A stretch of DNA of 56,240 nucleotides, filler included, from Perkinsus olseni (taxonomy: Eukaryota): assembly GCA_013115125.1 (NCBI GenBank). It is 2 parts of 2 records of this genome, joined end to end, with 100 filler letters (N's around TTAATTAATTAA, not from the genome) between each part and the next. Parts side by side here need not be neighbours in the genome. Positions count along the whole stretch, not along the records: positions 1 to 28,086 come from JABANN010000455.1; 1 more part is not named here. One strand, given 5' to 3'. Numbering within the stretch: position 1 is the stretch's first letter; each line of letters opens with the position of its first letter. Shown in pieces: positions 11,762 through 25,089 of the stretch. The translations under genes and the position numbers were made by a program. A model generated the notes under the pieces. It searched no databases and had not been told where the DNA came from. It saw nothing but the letters and a program-made list of their open reading frames with translations.

Positions 11762-12929
11762 CTAAAGGATCGTTCGCTCAGCGAGGATCATCAACTCAGT
11801 GGAAATCATCCAACTGCCTCTTATTCTTGTTAGGACAGGACTGCTGTTCATGATATTGCCCTGCTCGTTTACAGCCTTGAGGACCCTCACTATCGCCATG
11901 AAATGACGGAGGCCTCTCAGGGAGTAATCGTATCTAACGTGAATGGTCAAGAGACGGTCCAACGATGACCCTACATCAGTGAGCCTTGGATACATCTTCA
12001 ACGTTTGCAACTGCACCTCAGCCGTACCATCCGGTCGGACTCCCATAAGGACCCCAACGCCGAAAGAGGTGCGAACTAGGGGTCCGATCTTCTCGTGGAT
12101 CAACGCGTTTTGGTAACTGAGGGCCCCACAGTGATGACGGTGACGGGCGACATTCTCACCTTAGAAGATCCGTCTCGCTATTTTCTCTCATTAATTTATT
12201 CGTTTCGTACAGGAACCCTCTAGCGTTGTGATAACGTTCGTCATCATCAGAAGTCAGAGAGTAAGTCATAATAATATACTGAGAAATTCTTGGCAATGAC
12301 CCGCCCCCCAAGAACAGACCACATGACGCGCCGAGGAAATAGCGCACGCCCAGATCGGGCGAGCGCTATTTCCTCCACGACTCGGACCGAATCGTTCGGT
12401 ATACCATGTCTGATAGATAACACATTGAGTGCTTTAACGCGCCGTACAATAGCCCGTTCGGGAACCGGGGCTGGGAATAGCAGAGTTCTAGGACTCAGCT
12501 AGGACTCTGCTTCGGCCACGAATCCCCACCCCGGTTCGAACCCAAGCACGGACATTTCTCTATCCTAGAATAGCATTGCCAGCCAGAATCGGAAGTTCGT
12601 TCTCAGAACAGAATGGGCAGAATGGGCCAGTAGTAAGAAACCGAGGGGAGGGAGTTCCGTGAAGAAGATGTGCGCAGCCGAGGGAGGTGACCTCTGAAAG
12701 CCAACGGCCTCCACACTCGAACCAACTAGGTGGTGATTGTCACAGGTCATAACCGTCTTTGGGAAGTCCTCTCTCGAACGATCAGACTAGGCCCTCTACC
12801 AGTACAGGTGATGACCGGAGCCGACAGCCCAACACATAACTGATCTCGGCACTCAACAGTCCACTGTAGGTCAATAGAAACGCATTTGGCACTCGTAACA
12901 GAAACATGACACACTATCTCCTCAGCCAT
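11762..12929 (-). CDS. Hypothetical multi-exon protein (boundaries approximate)
   Basis: Successive minus-strand ORF segments separated by short GT-AG introns (..VRTSFGVGVLMGVRPDGTAEVQL..; ..ARGFLYETNKLMRENSETDLLR). No family recognised. Confidence 0.4.
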
Positions 12930-13259
12930 CTGGACTCGTTCTTAGCTCGCTCAGCTGCGAAGTCAACAACCTTCCCTGATCGTGTAGGCTGCCGCCTCTT
13001 GCTGTTGTTGGGACGCTCTGTCGTCTGCAGCTCGATACCGGCCATACGCTGATTATTCAGTTGATTCTTAACCACCTGCGCGAACACGGGAAGTATCTTT
13101 CAACCTCACCTACGACAACCAAGGCCGCCTAACATATCACACCCAAATGCCTCTAACAAGCCAGAACTAGGTGTCTCATTCCCTTCAACTCGAAGGCTTC
13201 GAGGTGCGGTCGTGTTCACAAAAAAACAGCGCAGGGAGATTGTGACCGTCCCTTAGACA

Positions 13260-16200
13260 TCACACGGAGCAACATGGACCTACTATATCCAACAGACCCG
13301 CCAGGAAGTCGCAATTCACATCAGATGCTCCTCCGCCGCTACCCTCGGGGAACTGGTCATCTCCGATACCAAACACGGCATATCCCCTACAACTGGATGA
13401 TGATGATGATCGTAATGACCGAGGAGGCGGCTCACTTGGCATTCCAGATTCGATGCCTGAGTTTGGCAGTTCCCGTCGTCAGCCCGCTGTAGTAATGTAC
13501 AATCTGGGACTTCCTCAATTTCGGATCAATCACGCAGCTCAACTCGGACATCAAGATTGGCATTTCCCATAGCGGCCACTTGTAACCAACCTCCACCTCC
13601 ATTTGATGGGATATGTCCAACTGAGCGACTAGCGCTCGCCCTAACGATCGATTTACCTCAAGAAATTACCTTATTGAGAATCTCTTCCCATGGCATTCGG
13701 CTAGGGGGGTCTTGCTGAGCCTGTGTACCTGCGAGTTGAGGAACTGTAAGTTAGCAAGATCGGTGGGGTTTTACTCCTCCAAGCCACTTTCCACTTCTCC
13801 ATACCCGCTACGACTGACGGCTCGTCAATCACGAACCACTTCAGGGCAGCTGCACTTGCTAAGGCCTCGTATCTGAGGTCCAAGCGTGCAATATACGAAC
13901 GTTGCGAACAGCACAAAGACTGAATCCCTCTAGGATAGTAATTTTCCCTACAGTAAAGCCGCTTGATGAGGGTCTCCCTTCACGCAGTCGCCATGGTCAT
14001 CGAACTCGACATCGCCAACTGCTCTCGCGGGGTCTTCGATGATTCGCGAGCCTAAGGACACGAAAGAAGGAGGTAACGCTAGTCTGGTGACACTCCCTTC
14101 AAATCGGGGGTGGTCTCGCTGCGCTGACCATTCAAGACTGTTTCCTATAATGCAACAAAATCCCCGATCGGGATGAAGTAACGAACCCCGTCCGGAGAGT
14201 ATGGAGGGCACTGCGTAGGGTGTATTACAGAGGACACTCCATGGTAGGGGACGGCTGAAGTTGGCGACGACTAATGACCAGGCTAGGGAGGGAAGGGCCG
14301 ATACAGACGATTGACGTATGATCTGACAGTTACGGCACAGAGGTTGACGCTGGCAAGATACAAAATAGGTTACCTTCTCGATATCCACCTTCTCTACCAG
14401 AGCATCATCATTGACAAGTCCAGCAAGGCTCATCGAGTAGAAGGCATCGATGAAACTTAGAATAGAAAAAGGAGTTATCACCAGACACAGTGGTGCCGGG
14501 GCGGTAGTTGAGCATAAAATCCATAAGACACCCCCGGGATTTGTCGCCTCTCCTCCCAGGCCTGTACGATGCTCACAAGATCTCGATCTGCCTCTGCAGG
14601 AATCAGATTTCTCGGTAGCGTGTAATTCTTCACGCGCCACAAAATTAGGCACACGGTACGAGGCCCGCCAACGCCAATGTCTTACTCTTCCGGATCGAAT
14701 TGTCTTGCACGGTCCAGACACTCGCCGTACAAGGCAACTAAGGCATCCTTCTCTCGCACTAAAATAACCAAAATTGTGGTATAGGATGAGGATGATATTG
14801 TTACTTCCTCCAGCTGCCGCTGCTAGACACAGCTTAGCGATTCCCTTCGGCTGAATTTCCCGCAGACCCGCCATAGCAGATATCTCCAATTCCCGCATAG
14901 GTTTCTAAAATCAGTTGCCAACCTCACTTCGTGTAATCCTAGGGTGAAGATAAGATACTCTTTCACAAGCGTCGACCGATAGATGCAGACCCCAGAAGAT
15001 ACTACTCCTTCCGCGGTGTACAGCAGTAGAAGTTGCGGCAAAACTTCTCGGTCTAGGTGATTGGCTGACGTACGGATCATCTGCCGGAGGGGGTAATTTC
15101 GTGGCGCAGTGACAGATCTGACTCACCTCGGCTGACTCGTCAAGGACACCATCTGCTACAGTAGGCATTTTAGCGAGCTCAACCACAAGATGCGCGGCAT
15201 CGTTACGATTAACCTAAGGAGTGGTATGCACGCACGCACACGCTAGAACCTTACACTCTGGTCAGCGAGGACATCCGACAGCCGCTTTCTGGCGTAAGCA
15301 GCAACAGGAGACATGTCGGGGCTGGCCGGGTCGGTCGAGCTAAATAGTGAAGGACGCGGGGTTCGAACCGGGGACCTTTCGATTACCCACCTTAAGAAAC
15401 CCGCTAATGCCGGTAAACTCCTGTCAGGAATCCTTCCAGGATTCGCGGCCAGCCTAGTAAGAGCCTTGCTGACGATGGATTTCTGATGATGTGGTTTATA
15501 CGACAAGATTTATTGATACCAGAAATTCCGTAAATCACCTGCGCCTCGTGTTTCCCCAGCGCTCTGACCATGTCCACAACTTGATGAACTTCCAAACGAT
15601 CAACCATTCCCTCCATGCGAGTGAAAACCTGGATTCGACCCATTTCGTATCCTCCACTCATCAACCTAAGATACGCCCCACCTTGGGTTTAGTCAGAACC
15701 TTGTGGCTGCGCTTCCGCATACTAGGTTCGCACAGAAGATACCTACGAGAGCATCTTTGCTCACAATCGTCCAACTTTTGATCTTCCCTACAGGGCCGGT
15801 AATACCGCAGCATCATCAACTTCCGGGGAGTCGATCCAAGAATCGATCGACTGGTGTAGAGCCCAATGGGTGTAATCATCGAGACGAAGCCCCATCCACT
15901 GAAAAATAACATTGAGAGAACGCTTCGCTCCGCGTAGAAAATCAGCGATGTGTTAGTCAATGCTCAGGGCAGCTGCTGCGACGGAGTAAAAACTGGCGCG
16001 ATGGCGTCAGAGACACGACGAAGCTACGAAGTCTACTTGGTGAAAGGCGAGCCACGATCTACGGCGTATTTTGTCTGCGAATGTTGATGCGACGAAAGCA
16101 TCGACAGGATTGGTAAAAATGAGCCTCTCTCCACGTCGGGCAGGAAATTCATGAGAAGTTTGCAACGAGAATGAGCTCATTTTCCTGCGGCCAGTACGGT

Positions 16201-17846
16201 GACTCTGCTCCCACTCACAGTAGTGATGACGTAGATAGTGCGAATCCTCTCCACAGGACTTAGTTCATGTAAACGTTCGCATATTTGAAACTGAGCAGAG
16301 TCAACCTAAGATACGCCCCAATCGATCAACTTACACTCAGCCGTTTCGCCATTTGTCGTGACGGATTGGCAACTCCTGGAGCGCCCAGTATCTTCAACAC
16401 ATCATTCACCGATACTAAGGTCGACATATTCCGTATCTTACACGGAAGTACTCTGCGAGCTCGGATATCTCTGGTCCGGAGAATCTCGCCAGATCCAGGG
16501 CGGCGCCCATATCGTCCAACAATCGTTGGTATCTTACAAAAGATCAAATTCTTCCGCGTGCGCGGCTACCAACCTACTCCGGTAAATTCTCGAGCCCTTC
16601 TATTTCCTCAACATTCTGGTGATGCCCGGCCAGCTGCTTCAAGGCTATCACAATTCTGCCAGGCTGTGAAGACACCCGGTTCGATTCCTGCACCCGTCAT
16701 TTTAATACTACCTCGCTCTTCCCCGATACGTAAACCTTGAGTATCTCCACAGCTCCAGGAGTAACCTCAGTGGCAATTTCCCTTGTCGATTTCGGAACCG
16801 TTAGACTCGCCGGGGGCGCACCTGCGACGCATCTTCATCTACGTTGGACGATTATGCTCGATACTCTCAACGCGGTTTCAACTACTACTGTTTTTCTCAG
16901 GTAATTCCGAGCCATCTTTACAAGCCTCATGCCCCCCTTATTGAAGTTTCGTCCAGACCCAATCCCTCCTTTCAGATGGCTGATGCCTCGAATAAACTTA
17001 TCAAACGACTTAGCGGAACTATAAAATCGCCAACACGCCGAGCGAAGGATAGACTCTCATAGCGGACATAGTAGATTCCAATTCTTTCTGATTTCACCAA
17101 CATCATGAGCAACCTCCCTAATTTTAGTACCCATTTTCAGAATACCGTCCTTCGCCCAACTTACTGCTCTCAACTGGAGTGATCATAACCCCACCAGCCA
17201 TGCTCGGCCGTTGGACTACCGGTATGGTTCCTCGAGGGGCCTGTGGGTGTCGAGTCGAATTCGTCGATTCAAAACTTGCTTCGCTCCGCCCTTCAAATGA
17301 AATATTCTCCAATTTTTCTCTCCTCACCGGGGCCGCATTCTCCAAGTCAGTTATTCTCTTGAGCCCCTGCGGCAACTCAGCGTCCACGAGCACATTCATA
17401 CCAACTTTCGCCGAACTTATCGGTGTGACCCCCCTAGGTAACCCTCGCTCAGCCCTCTTCTCCGCCTCTCCCACTTTAACCAAACCCTTCGGAAGCCTCA
17501 TCGCCGAAGCTTCTTCGACCGGCGGTGGTGGCGGAGGTCGGCGTAGCTTCACGTTCGGTGTCTCCCGGCCGACCCTAGCCATGCCCTTTGGCAACTCCCG
17601 TGGTATCCTCGGCAAGTCATCATCCTCACCGACCCTCCTATTATCCTCGCCCGGCCATGATTGACCCGAGCCCGTCGCTCGACTGGTGACTCTGGAGATC
17701 CCCGCAGGAAGGCCACCGTCGCCAGAAGAGGTAGGAGCAGCGGAGTTCTTCTCAAAGGAGCGAAAGACCCCGCGGGGCAGCTCTTCCCTAGTAGAGGTCG
17801 CGAAGGCACGGCGGGTGACGGGGAGGATACGGCGGGAGGTCATCAA
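13260..17846 (-). CDS. RAP-domain, helical-repeat RNA-binding protein with a putative mitochondrial presequence (may be two genes)
   Basis: The C-terminal exons LDISHQMEVEVG..HYYSGLTTGTAKLRHRIWNAK/GYAVFGIGDDQF match the RAP pattern. Helical segments include LPSLAWSLVVA, QPKGIAKLCLAAA and LHELSPVER. The N-terminus MMTSRRILPVTRRAFATS is presequence-like. Joining of 16-17.8 kb to the RAP exons is inferred. Confidence 0.6.
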
Positions 17847-17929
17847 AAGCTGCAGTCATGCATTCACCCCTACGCAAGTGAACACAAGTCGATATCAAAG
17901 ATACTACGCTCCGCTGATATCTTCGTGAT

Positions 17930-19000
17930 CATCAGATAATATCGTGACCTCTATGTCATCGTCGTGGTTCGACCTAAGATACCATCCACCGCGAGACGTA
18001 TCTTCACAATTCCAACCTTACTGCGCATCTTGGAGGTCATAAACCAAATCATTACTCGGCAGTTCAACGCTCCTCCTGGACTCTCTCATCTGCTCCTCCA
18101 ACTCACCTATTCGATCCTAACATAGCAAATCTTGCAATCTTGCTCAATCTTGCTTTTCCTTACCTCGGTATCCTTCAGTCTTCCACCCAGTTTTAGTGGC
18201 CTGAGCTGCTCCGTGCCCACCCTCATGCAAGAACTGCTTGTGTGAAGCTCACACGCCAAACGCCACAATTTACGACACGCCCGGAGAGCATCCAACGTGT
18301 AGACCTAGAAACGGAGTATCTTAGGTTGAAGCTAGGCTAATATCCTGAGGTCAACAACAATACCACTCCAGCGTTTACCTGTAATTTCAGGTCACTAGTA
18401 GTGGTCTCGAGCGCGGTCATCTTAGCCGGCATCTGTGCAGCGGTTACCAAATGCTGAGGATACCTACCAAAAAATCATCGAATTAAACGAAGTGGACTAG
18501 ATCGGAGGTGCACTGAATATTAAGTAGGTGAATTTTCCCTAAGCAAGTCGCCGGGATCGAACCTGCGCCCTTCACCTACGCTGAGAGGACGGCTAACTGC
18601 TCGTCGATGACTCTCTTGGTGATCGTCGCCGCAGTAGTGAGGGCGTCAGTAGACCCCATCGTTAGTCCAGCCTGTTCTGCCATTATATATTAATCTTGGT
18701 AAAACTGAACCGCTTCGCTCCGCTAATAACCCTCCCCTCACTCGGACTCAGACGCCAGGATGATCATCGTCAATATTACAGTGAAAACAAGCCGTCAACG
18801 AATTTCCTCCGGGATCTTCGTGCAGCTTCCCCACAAAGACAAGCTTCGGAAAAATCGTAAAAATCTTTACATATCACAGAATTCACGCTGGGGACTGCTC
18901 CGAGCTTTCTCTCTTTAGGAGAGTCCTTTAGTGTTCAGGAGAGTCTTCTAAACTCCATGACGCTCCCTCGACCGAACAGAATCACCACGGCGCATCCGAC
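17930..19000 (-). CDS. Hypothetical multi-exon protein (approximate)
   Basis: Short exons bounded by GT/AG (LEEQMRESRRSVELPSNDLVYDLQDA; DALRACRKLWRLACELH; DALTTAATITKRVIDEQL). Confidence 0.35.
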
Positions 19001-19216
19001 CTTGAAGCAGTAAATTTCCAGCGCGAGTAAACCTAGCGGAGCGAAGTTTTTCGATAAACTTTTCGTCAAAAAAATGTAATACGAATATTATTTCATGGGA
19101 AATATAATTACGCCGCTAAGGAGCTATTCCATCACAAGGATGCGATCACAAATCGATCAATCGATCGATATTGAAGAACAACTCAAAAGGGAAGATGTGA
19201 GAAGAATAAACAGTGC

Positions 19217-22200
19217 TCATGATCTCCTCCCAGCCCCGAACAGGAGTTTGGCAATGAGTCCGGCCGTGATGGCACCGATGCTCACCTCGTTGATCGTGAT
19301 GGGGACCTGAATGATACCGAGCATAGGGTAGAAGGGTGCGAAGCAGAGAAAGCGTTTGTTTTCAAGTCCTTCAAAGTTCGACGATAGCTATAGATAATTG
19401 ACAAGCCCGCATGAACACAAAGATACCCACCTTAGCGATGATTCTGAAAATCGGGTTACGGTATGCCGATTGGGGACACCATCCCTGTGGGAGAGTCACC
19501 ATCAGCCCCGCCGGCACTCCTGTAATGGCAGCCGATCCAGCCGACGACCACCTTGAAGGAAGAACACCGAGGAGTGACTCTTCAGCAGCGAGGAGAGTAT
19601 TCTCTCGATGAATCCAGTGAGCGGCCCAAGACGTATTCAGAATTCCTGATAAGAGCCTACAGTAGTTCCACCCGCACAGCGGCGGAAGTATCGAACTTCC
19701 GGAGCTGTAGTGAAATAAATAAATAAAGTTGAACAACGTCTTTCCCGAGCGCCAGCCGGAGTCCGATAATAATAATAATTCCAACCTAATTGAGTTGAAG
19801 CGACATATAAATTTACTAACAACCGTACACGAATAAAAGGGTCAGCTTTCAACAGATATCTACAGCGAGAGGCGGCCTTCAAAACGAAATACAGAGTGTC
19901 GGGATCGAACCCGCGGCCTGCACAGCTTAGTACCAATATAATCCGTATTTATCATCGGTCACCTCCCATTTTCGGCTGAACGCCACCAAGGCTCGACGCC
20001 CGAGATCATCTAAACAAGTATCTCAGGTCGCAGCTGGCAAGATGCAGAATAGGTCAATTATTACCTTGTACCAGTCTTCGTCGAGGATCCCCTTCATTCT
20101 CTTTCGGCAGTAGTACCCTCTCCGCGAGTCTACCACATTTCTCCGGCATCGCCAGACAAGTGCAGAGGAGCTCGACCAGGAATGGCTTCAACGACCTACA
20201 AACGGGGCACAAATCACGCACATGATGATCAGAGGTAACACAGCTAGATTGAAAACCGCGTTAAAATGCGAAAAATAAACCCTAGTAGGATAAATAAAAT
20301 ATTCAGTAATTATCAACACATCCCGACTCACGGCTCATCGCCAAATCACCCGAGAGAGCGGCAGAAGGCGGAATTATAGGACTACTATAGGTCAGCGTTG
20401 ATGCTGTAAATGAACTGTACGTCTAGGAGAATGCAGAAAACGTGACATTGGCCCCTCCGAATTTCGATAGAATCATAATGTCATAATCAGCTTACCCCAG
20501 CTTTTCCACTTCCTCCTGAGTGTGCAACTTCCAGACTAAATAGTCCACCCTAGGATGATAGAAGGATAAGAATCTTGGACGTTGATCTGACTGAAGACAA
20601 AACAAAAGATACGCGGCAAGATACCCGTCCGGCTGGTAGTGAGCCTTCGACTACAACGAGACGCGCAAACTGCAATTGGTTCTTCGACGAACTTCGGTGT
20701 GGTCCAATTTCCCCGAGCGAACTTGAGGACAGCAGAAAGGTATCCGAGGACTACGACAGCCCGCGTCAGCAGAGAAGGGAATACTATTCAAGTAGTCCAA
20801 CCACATGTAGCGGCACACAGGCGGAAAAGCGTCCAAAATTCTCGCGCGCCCCGAAATTATTACGTTAACCGAATAAGGCATATTAAGCTCCCATACCCCT
20901 TCCATGCTGTGATCAGGATTCGGCATCTATCAGTAGCAGAGGCATAAAAAGCGCTCGCCCAAATGATCGATAAAAATACCCCTTCGGCCTGTACGTGGAA
21001 GGTGAGGGCGCTTCTACCGTCGAGGGTGTGTGGTACGGGAGGACCGAAATTTCCTGCCAAAAATTTCTCGGCATAATTTCGTAGCGCGCGAAACTACCAC
21101 CGCGCTCCTCAGAAACCATCGCGCTACGAACGTACGGTACCGGTAGTATACCTGCTTATGGCATCAACTTGACCTATCCCGTATCTTGCTTACTCGAGCT
21201 CAAGGTTCCTTCCATATCATAACCGACGACATCAGTCGTTCCGATCAGCCAAGCGGTGGCGACAGCCACTAAGGTCGCTGCCACACGGATTGAAAAACCT
21301 CCTGAAGAAAGGGAAAATCGGCAAAAAACCAAAATCTGAAAACCACGAAAACGCTAAAGAGGATATAATCCGAAAAAGGCGTAAAAACGTCCGAGAAAAT
21401 AACCAGCAGAACTGTTTCGTCAAGCAAGCTGCTAAATACTTTCATTTTTCCCTCCTCCAACAAGGCCATAGACGACCGCCAACACTCCCGGGATAGTAGC
21501 AAGGACACTCCAAAGCCCAGCAGGCCTGACAGGACCGCGCTCGCCCTGGTGATCGATACGGTGTTGAACGGTGTATTACACAGAGTCCCTCGACACCACT
21601 GGACCGAGAGAGCCGTACTTTAGTGCCAATAAGACGGCCGGTAGATGTACGACGATGGTGAATATAATAGAAGGGACAATCTGAGACAGAAAAGTGGGCT
21701 TTCGGAAAAATTCTATTTTTCTGACATTTTTCACGAATGTTCTCCGCCTGAAATTCCGGGAAAATCTTCTCCGGGAATTCACACGCAGCGAGACAAACCT
21801 TTCTGTCCCCGTCCCGAAAAATAAACAATTTCCCCAATTTTTTCATACTCCAACTTTTCAAACGGAATGGAATAACGACCGAGCCTTCTTGTACGGCAAA
21901 GGTCTCAGGTTCGATCCCACCACCCGACATATTACCGCCTTCACAATGGTCTTTTCCACTCTTTCCTCTGTCAAAGGTGCCAATACACGCTTACAACCTG
22001 GTGCGAAAAGCGCTCGCCCTGGTGATCGGATCTCACACCACTTACCAAAGCGTTGGAATATATCCGTTCCTACTACAGCAGCGATGATTTCCTCATCGAT
22101 CGTCCCAACACTCAGAGCTAGGAGTGTCAGAATAGACCAGTTCAAATTACCTGCAAAATGCTCCAGCCGATATTCGAACCAGAGACCTTTCGATTACCCA

Positions 22201-23560
22201 CACAAGCTGACCACACCGCCAAAGCCGCCATCGAGACATTTGAAAGGAATTCGAAAACGCTGGCCGGCGGGGACGCCATCAGAATTAATGAGGCCGCGAT
22301 TTCAACGGCGATAGTCAATCCCCCAATAATACTGTGAAGAACCTGTCAGGAAAAGTGCGAAACGAAACTTGCTTCGCTCCGCTAAGCTCACGGGAGGAAA
22401 TTTATCGGCATGCCAGATGAAAGGTAGAGGGAATGGGGCGTCTAACATGCTCGACCAGGACATGTCAGCCAAGCTTGTCCAGGCCAAATCTGAAGAAAAC
22501 GCAAGATTTAGCAAGATTAGCAAGATCCACGCTTGGCGGTGGATATTTATGGGAGCGGATCAAGCACGCTTCGAGATACGTCGCTTAACACGACAACCAC
22601 CTGGGGTACCATTTACAGCAGTCCTAAAGGGGACTATTATTATCAAACCCACTTCCATCGATGATGATGAGAATCGAGGAAAAAGAGTTCGCTTTACGGA
22701 TAGATCCCCGGTTCGATCCCAGCATCTCACCATTCTTCACAATAGCGTACAGGCCGGCAGAGAGGAAAACTCTCGACAGCAGGAACTTCAAGTAGACCGT
22801 ATCTAACATACAAATCGATCACTCGGGCGCGCGCATTCCGCAACATACTGTTTGTGAATTCTGCTATGAAGACCATCAACGAGGCTTCGACCAGTAGCTT
22901 GTCATAACCGCTCCAAATCAACTGCGGGCCGACCTTGGATACTTCGGACTCGTAAGATACGCTTTGAAGCAACCTAGTGCAGCTCTTCGGGATTTTTCAC
23001 CGCGCCACGAAATTGCTTACACCAGATGAACCGCAGCAAATAGCAGACCGTGAATCGCCACGGCCACCGAACTGAATGAAAAAATTGAAAAATAGATGCT
23101 CGACAGAAGACAACATATCTGAAAAGGTTCCATCATGTAGTCGAACAAAATGCGTATCTTAGGTCGATCCACGTCTTTCACAGACATAAAAGATACTACC
23201 TAGTAGGTAGTACCTACCAGCATGATGCTGATGGCCATGCTCACCATGGGGCTGATCGAAATAAACCCGCACGGGCCGAAGATGACCTCCGAATCTTCGA
23301 GGAGACTCGAAAAGGCAAACACTTGTGCAACGACTGAAAAAAACACACTTAAAGACAGCAAAAAATGCAGAACATGCATCGCTTCGCTCCGCTAGACCTT
23401 ACACATCAATTTGATGCACAGGAAGCTGGACAGGGAGACGGTGCTCTCTTTCTGAACCACCATTGAAAGATGAAAACTGCGTTGAGAAAGAGCAAGATTG
23501 CAAGATTTCCAACTTAAACCCAACAATCCAACAACATGGACAACTTCCCACGAATCATGA
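19217..23560 (-). CDS. Hypothetical polytopic membrane protein(s), many short exons (approximate)
   Basis: Hydrophobic exon fragments (IIFTIVVHLPAVLLAL; WSILTLLALSVG; LVEASLMVFIAEF; IGAITAGLIAKLLFG) between short introns. The number of genes is unresolved. Confidence 0.35.
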
Positions 23561-24484
23561 TCATCCCACAACAACGAATTTTTCCATCACCCCTCGTAAA
23601 ATCGATCGCGTGATCGATTTCCAATCGATATCACCGTCACTGTTATCTTTCACGCCCGTCTTCACCCCGATCTCGGACACATCTTCCACCATGACCTCAA
23701 CCCTAGGCTTCTGATTACTAAAACCCATCGTATCAATTTCTGATATTTTTTCCACCAATCTAAGTCCCGCCAGCACCCTCCCAACAGCCACTCCATTACC
23801 GTCCAAATGCTCCAACGGTTTAGTAGTAATATACAACTCCTTGCCGTACAATCCGGGCTTCGCTCCGCTAGGACATAAGCCAATAATACCGCCCACTTCG
23901 TGATGCACCGCGAAGGATTCTCTCGCGATTCCCCCCTCCGCTCCGCCGTCCTCACCGAGTTGAATCCATCCTCCCTTTATCGCCCGAGTCACCGAAGATT
24001 CCGACAATTTCTTCTTCAAAAATTCACAACTTTTCGGGCAAATGTCATCGTAAAACTCGATCAAAACCGAGCCATTATAGTCATTCTCGCGCGCCACAAA
24101 ATTCATCCGGACGTACGACCTTTCAGGATTCATCAAATCACGTAGATCTCTCTCCGCATTCGCCTTCATATTCTCTTCGAAATCGCCACACTGCCAATCG
24201 TCGGAGAAAATTGCGTAATTTTTTCCGACCCACTCCTCGAACGATTTAACACCAAACTGCAGAATTCTGTCCTCCCCCTTCTCCTCTACAAAAATCAACA
24301 CTTCTACGTCGATCAGCGGCACGTGAGATTGCACGCGCGCACAAATCCTCTCGAAGTCCGCCTCAAAAAATCCGCGGATCTCGATTCTGCCCTCCGAGCT
24401 CGTCTTGAGGAACTCCGCCAGACACTTGACCTTCTGATAATGCTGACAGTTCACATTGCCGATGATGGTGATGGTCGAACTCAT
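23561..24484 (-). CDS. Divergent cyclophilin-like protein, PPIL6-like (N-terminal extension plus a probably inactive PPIase domain)
   Basis: ITIIGNVNCQHYQKVKCLAEFL N-terminus, then YVRMNF..GSVLIEFYDDICPKSCEF, TRAIKGGWIQLG, ESFAVHHEVGGIIGL, ELYITTKPLEHLDGNGVAVGRVLAGLRLVEKI..NQKPRVEV. Single uninterrupted ORF; start placed at Met63 of ORF 23561..24670. Confidence 0.8.
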   Translation of the reverse strand: MSSTITIIGNVNCQHYQKVKCLAEFLKTSSEGRIEIRGFFEADFERICARVQSHVPLIDVEVLIFVEEKGEDRILQFGVKSFEEWVGKNYAIFSDDWQCGDFEENMKANAERDLRDLMNPERSYVRMNFVARENDYNGSVLIEFYDDICPKSCEFLKKKLSESSVTRAIKGGWIQLGEDGGAEGGIARESFAVHHEVGGIIGLCPSGAKPGLYGKELYITTKPLEHLDGNGVAVGRVLAGLRLVEKISEIDTMGFSNQKPRVEVMVEDVSEIGVKTGVKDNSDGDIDWKSITRSILRGVMEKFVVVG

Positions 24485-25089
24485 AGGCAAAGTGAAATCA
24501 ACTGAAGGGAAGAGAAAGTGAGCCGATTCCTTCCCGCAGTGGGAACGCCTCTCAACTGCTTCGGAATCGAACCGCCCTCGAAGACCGTAATTTCGGCCAA
24601 CCTCAGAAAAAGCGCTCATAAGTTTGAACATCGGGGGTGTTCGGGGTCCGTCACCACTGACTCTTCCCATTGCACACGATAATTACACCTCCTGGAAGGA
24701 CCAGGAGCTGGTCCTATATTCTAGAGTCAGTAAAATAGTTTTGGCTACACAAAAGAAAAGTATTTATCAAAATGATACACTTTACAACCACAACTCTTAA
24801 ACTCAAAAACGAGCAGTCCCTTCAATTCCTCCCACAAACGCCAACACTCAGCTTGAATGATGAATTGATGCTTCCAGACGAAAACTCCTATAAAACGATG
24901 CAAAAGAATCTCCACTGGTCTCTTGTGATAAATAACCGATACGAAAGCAGCAGGCGAAGAGCCCCCCCTCCAAATTAGAAAACAAACAGACACCCATTCC
25001 TGTGAAATAACACCATAACGGCGATCTGCATTCAGTAATATACATATCTTATACCTGGCGTAAAAAGCGCGCGCCATTGTGATCGATTT

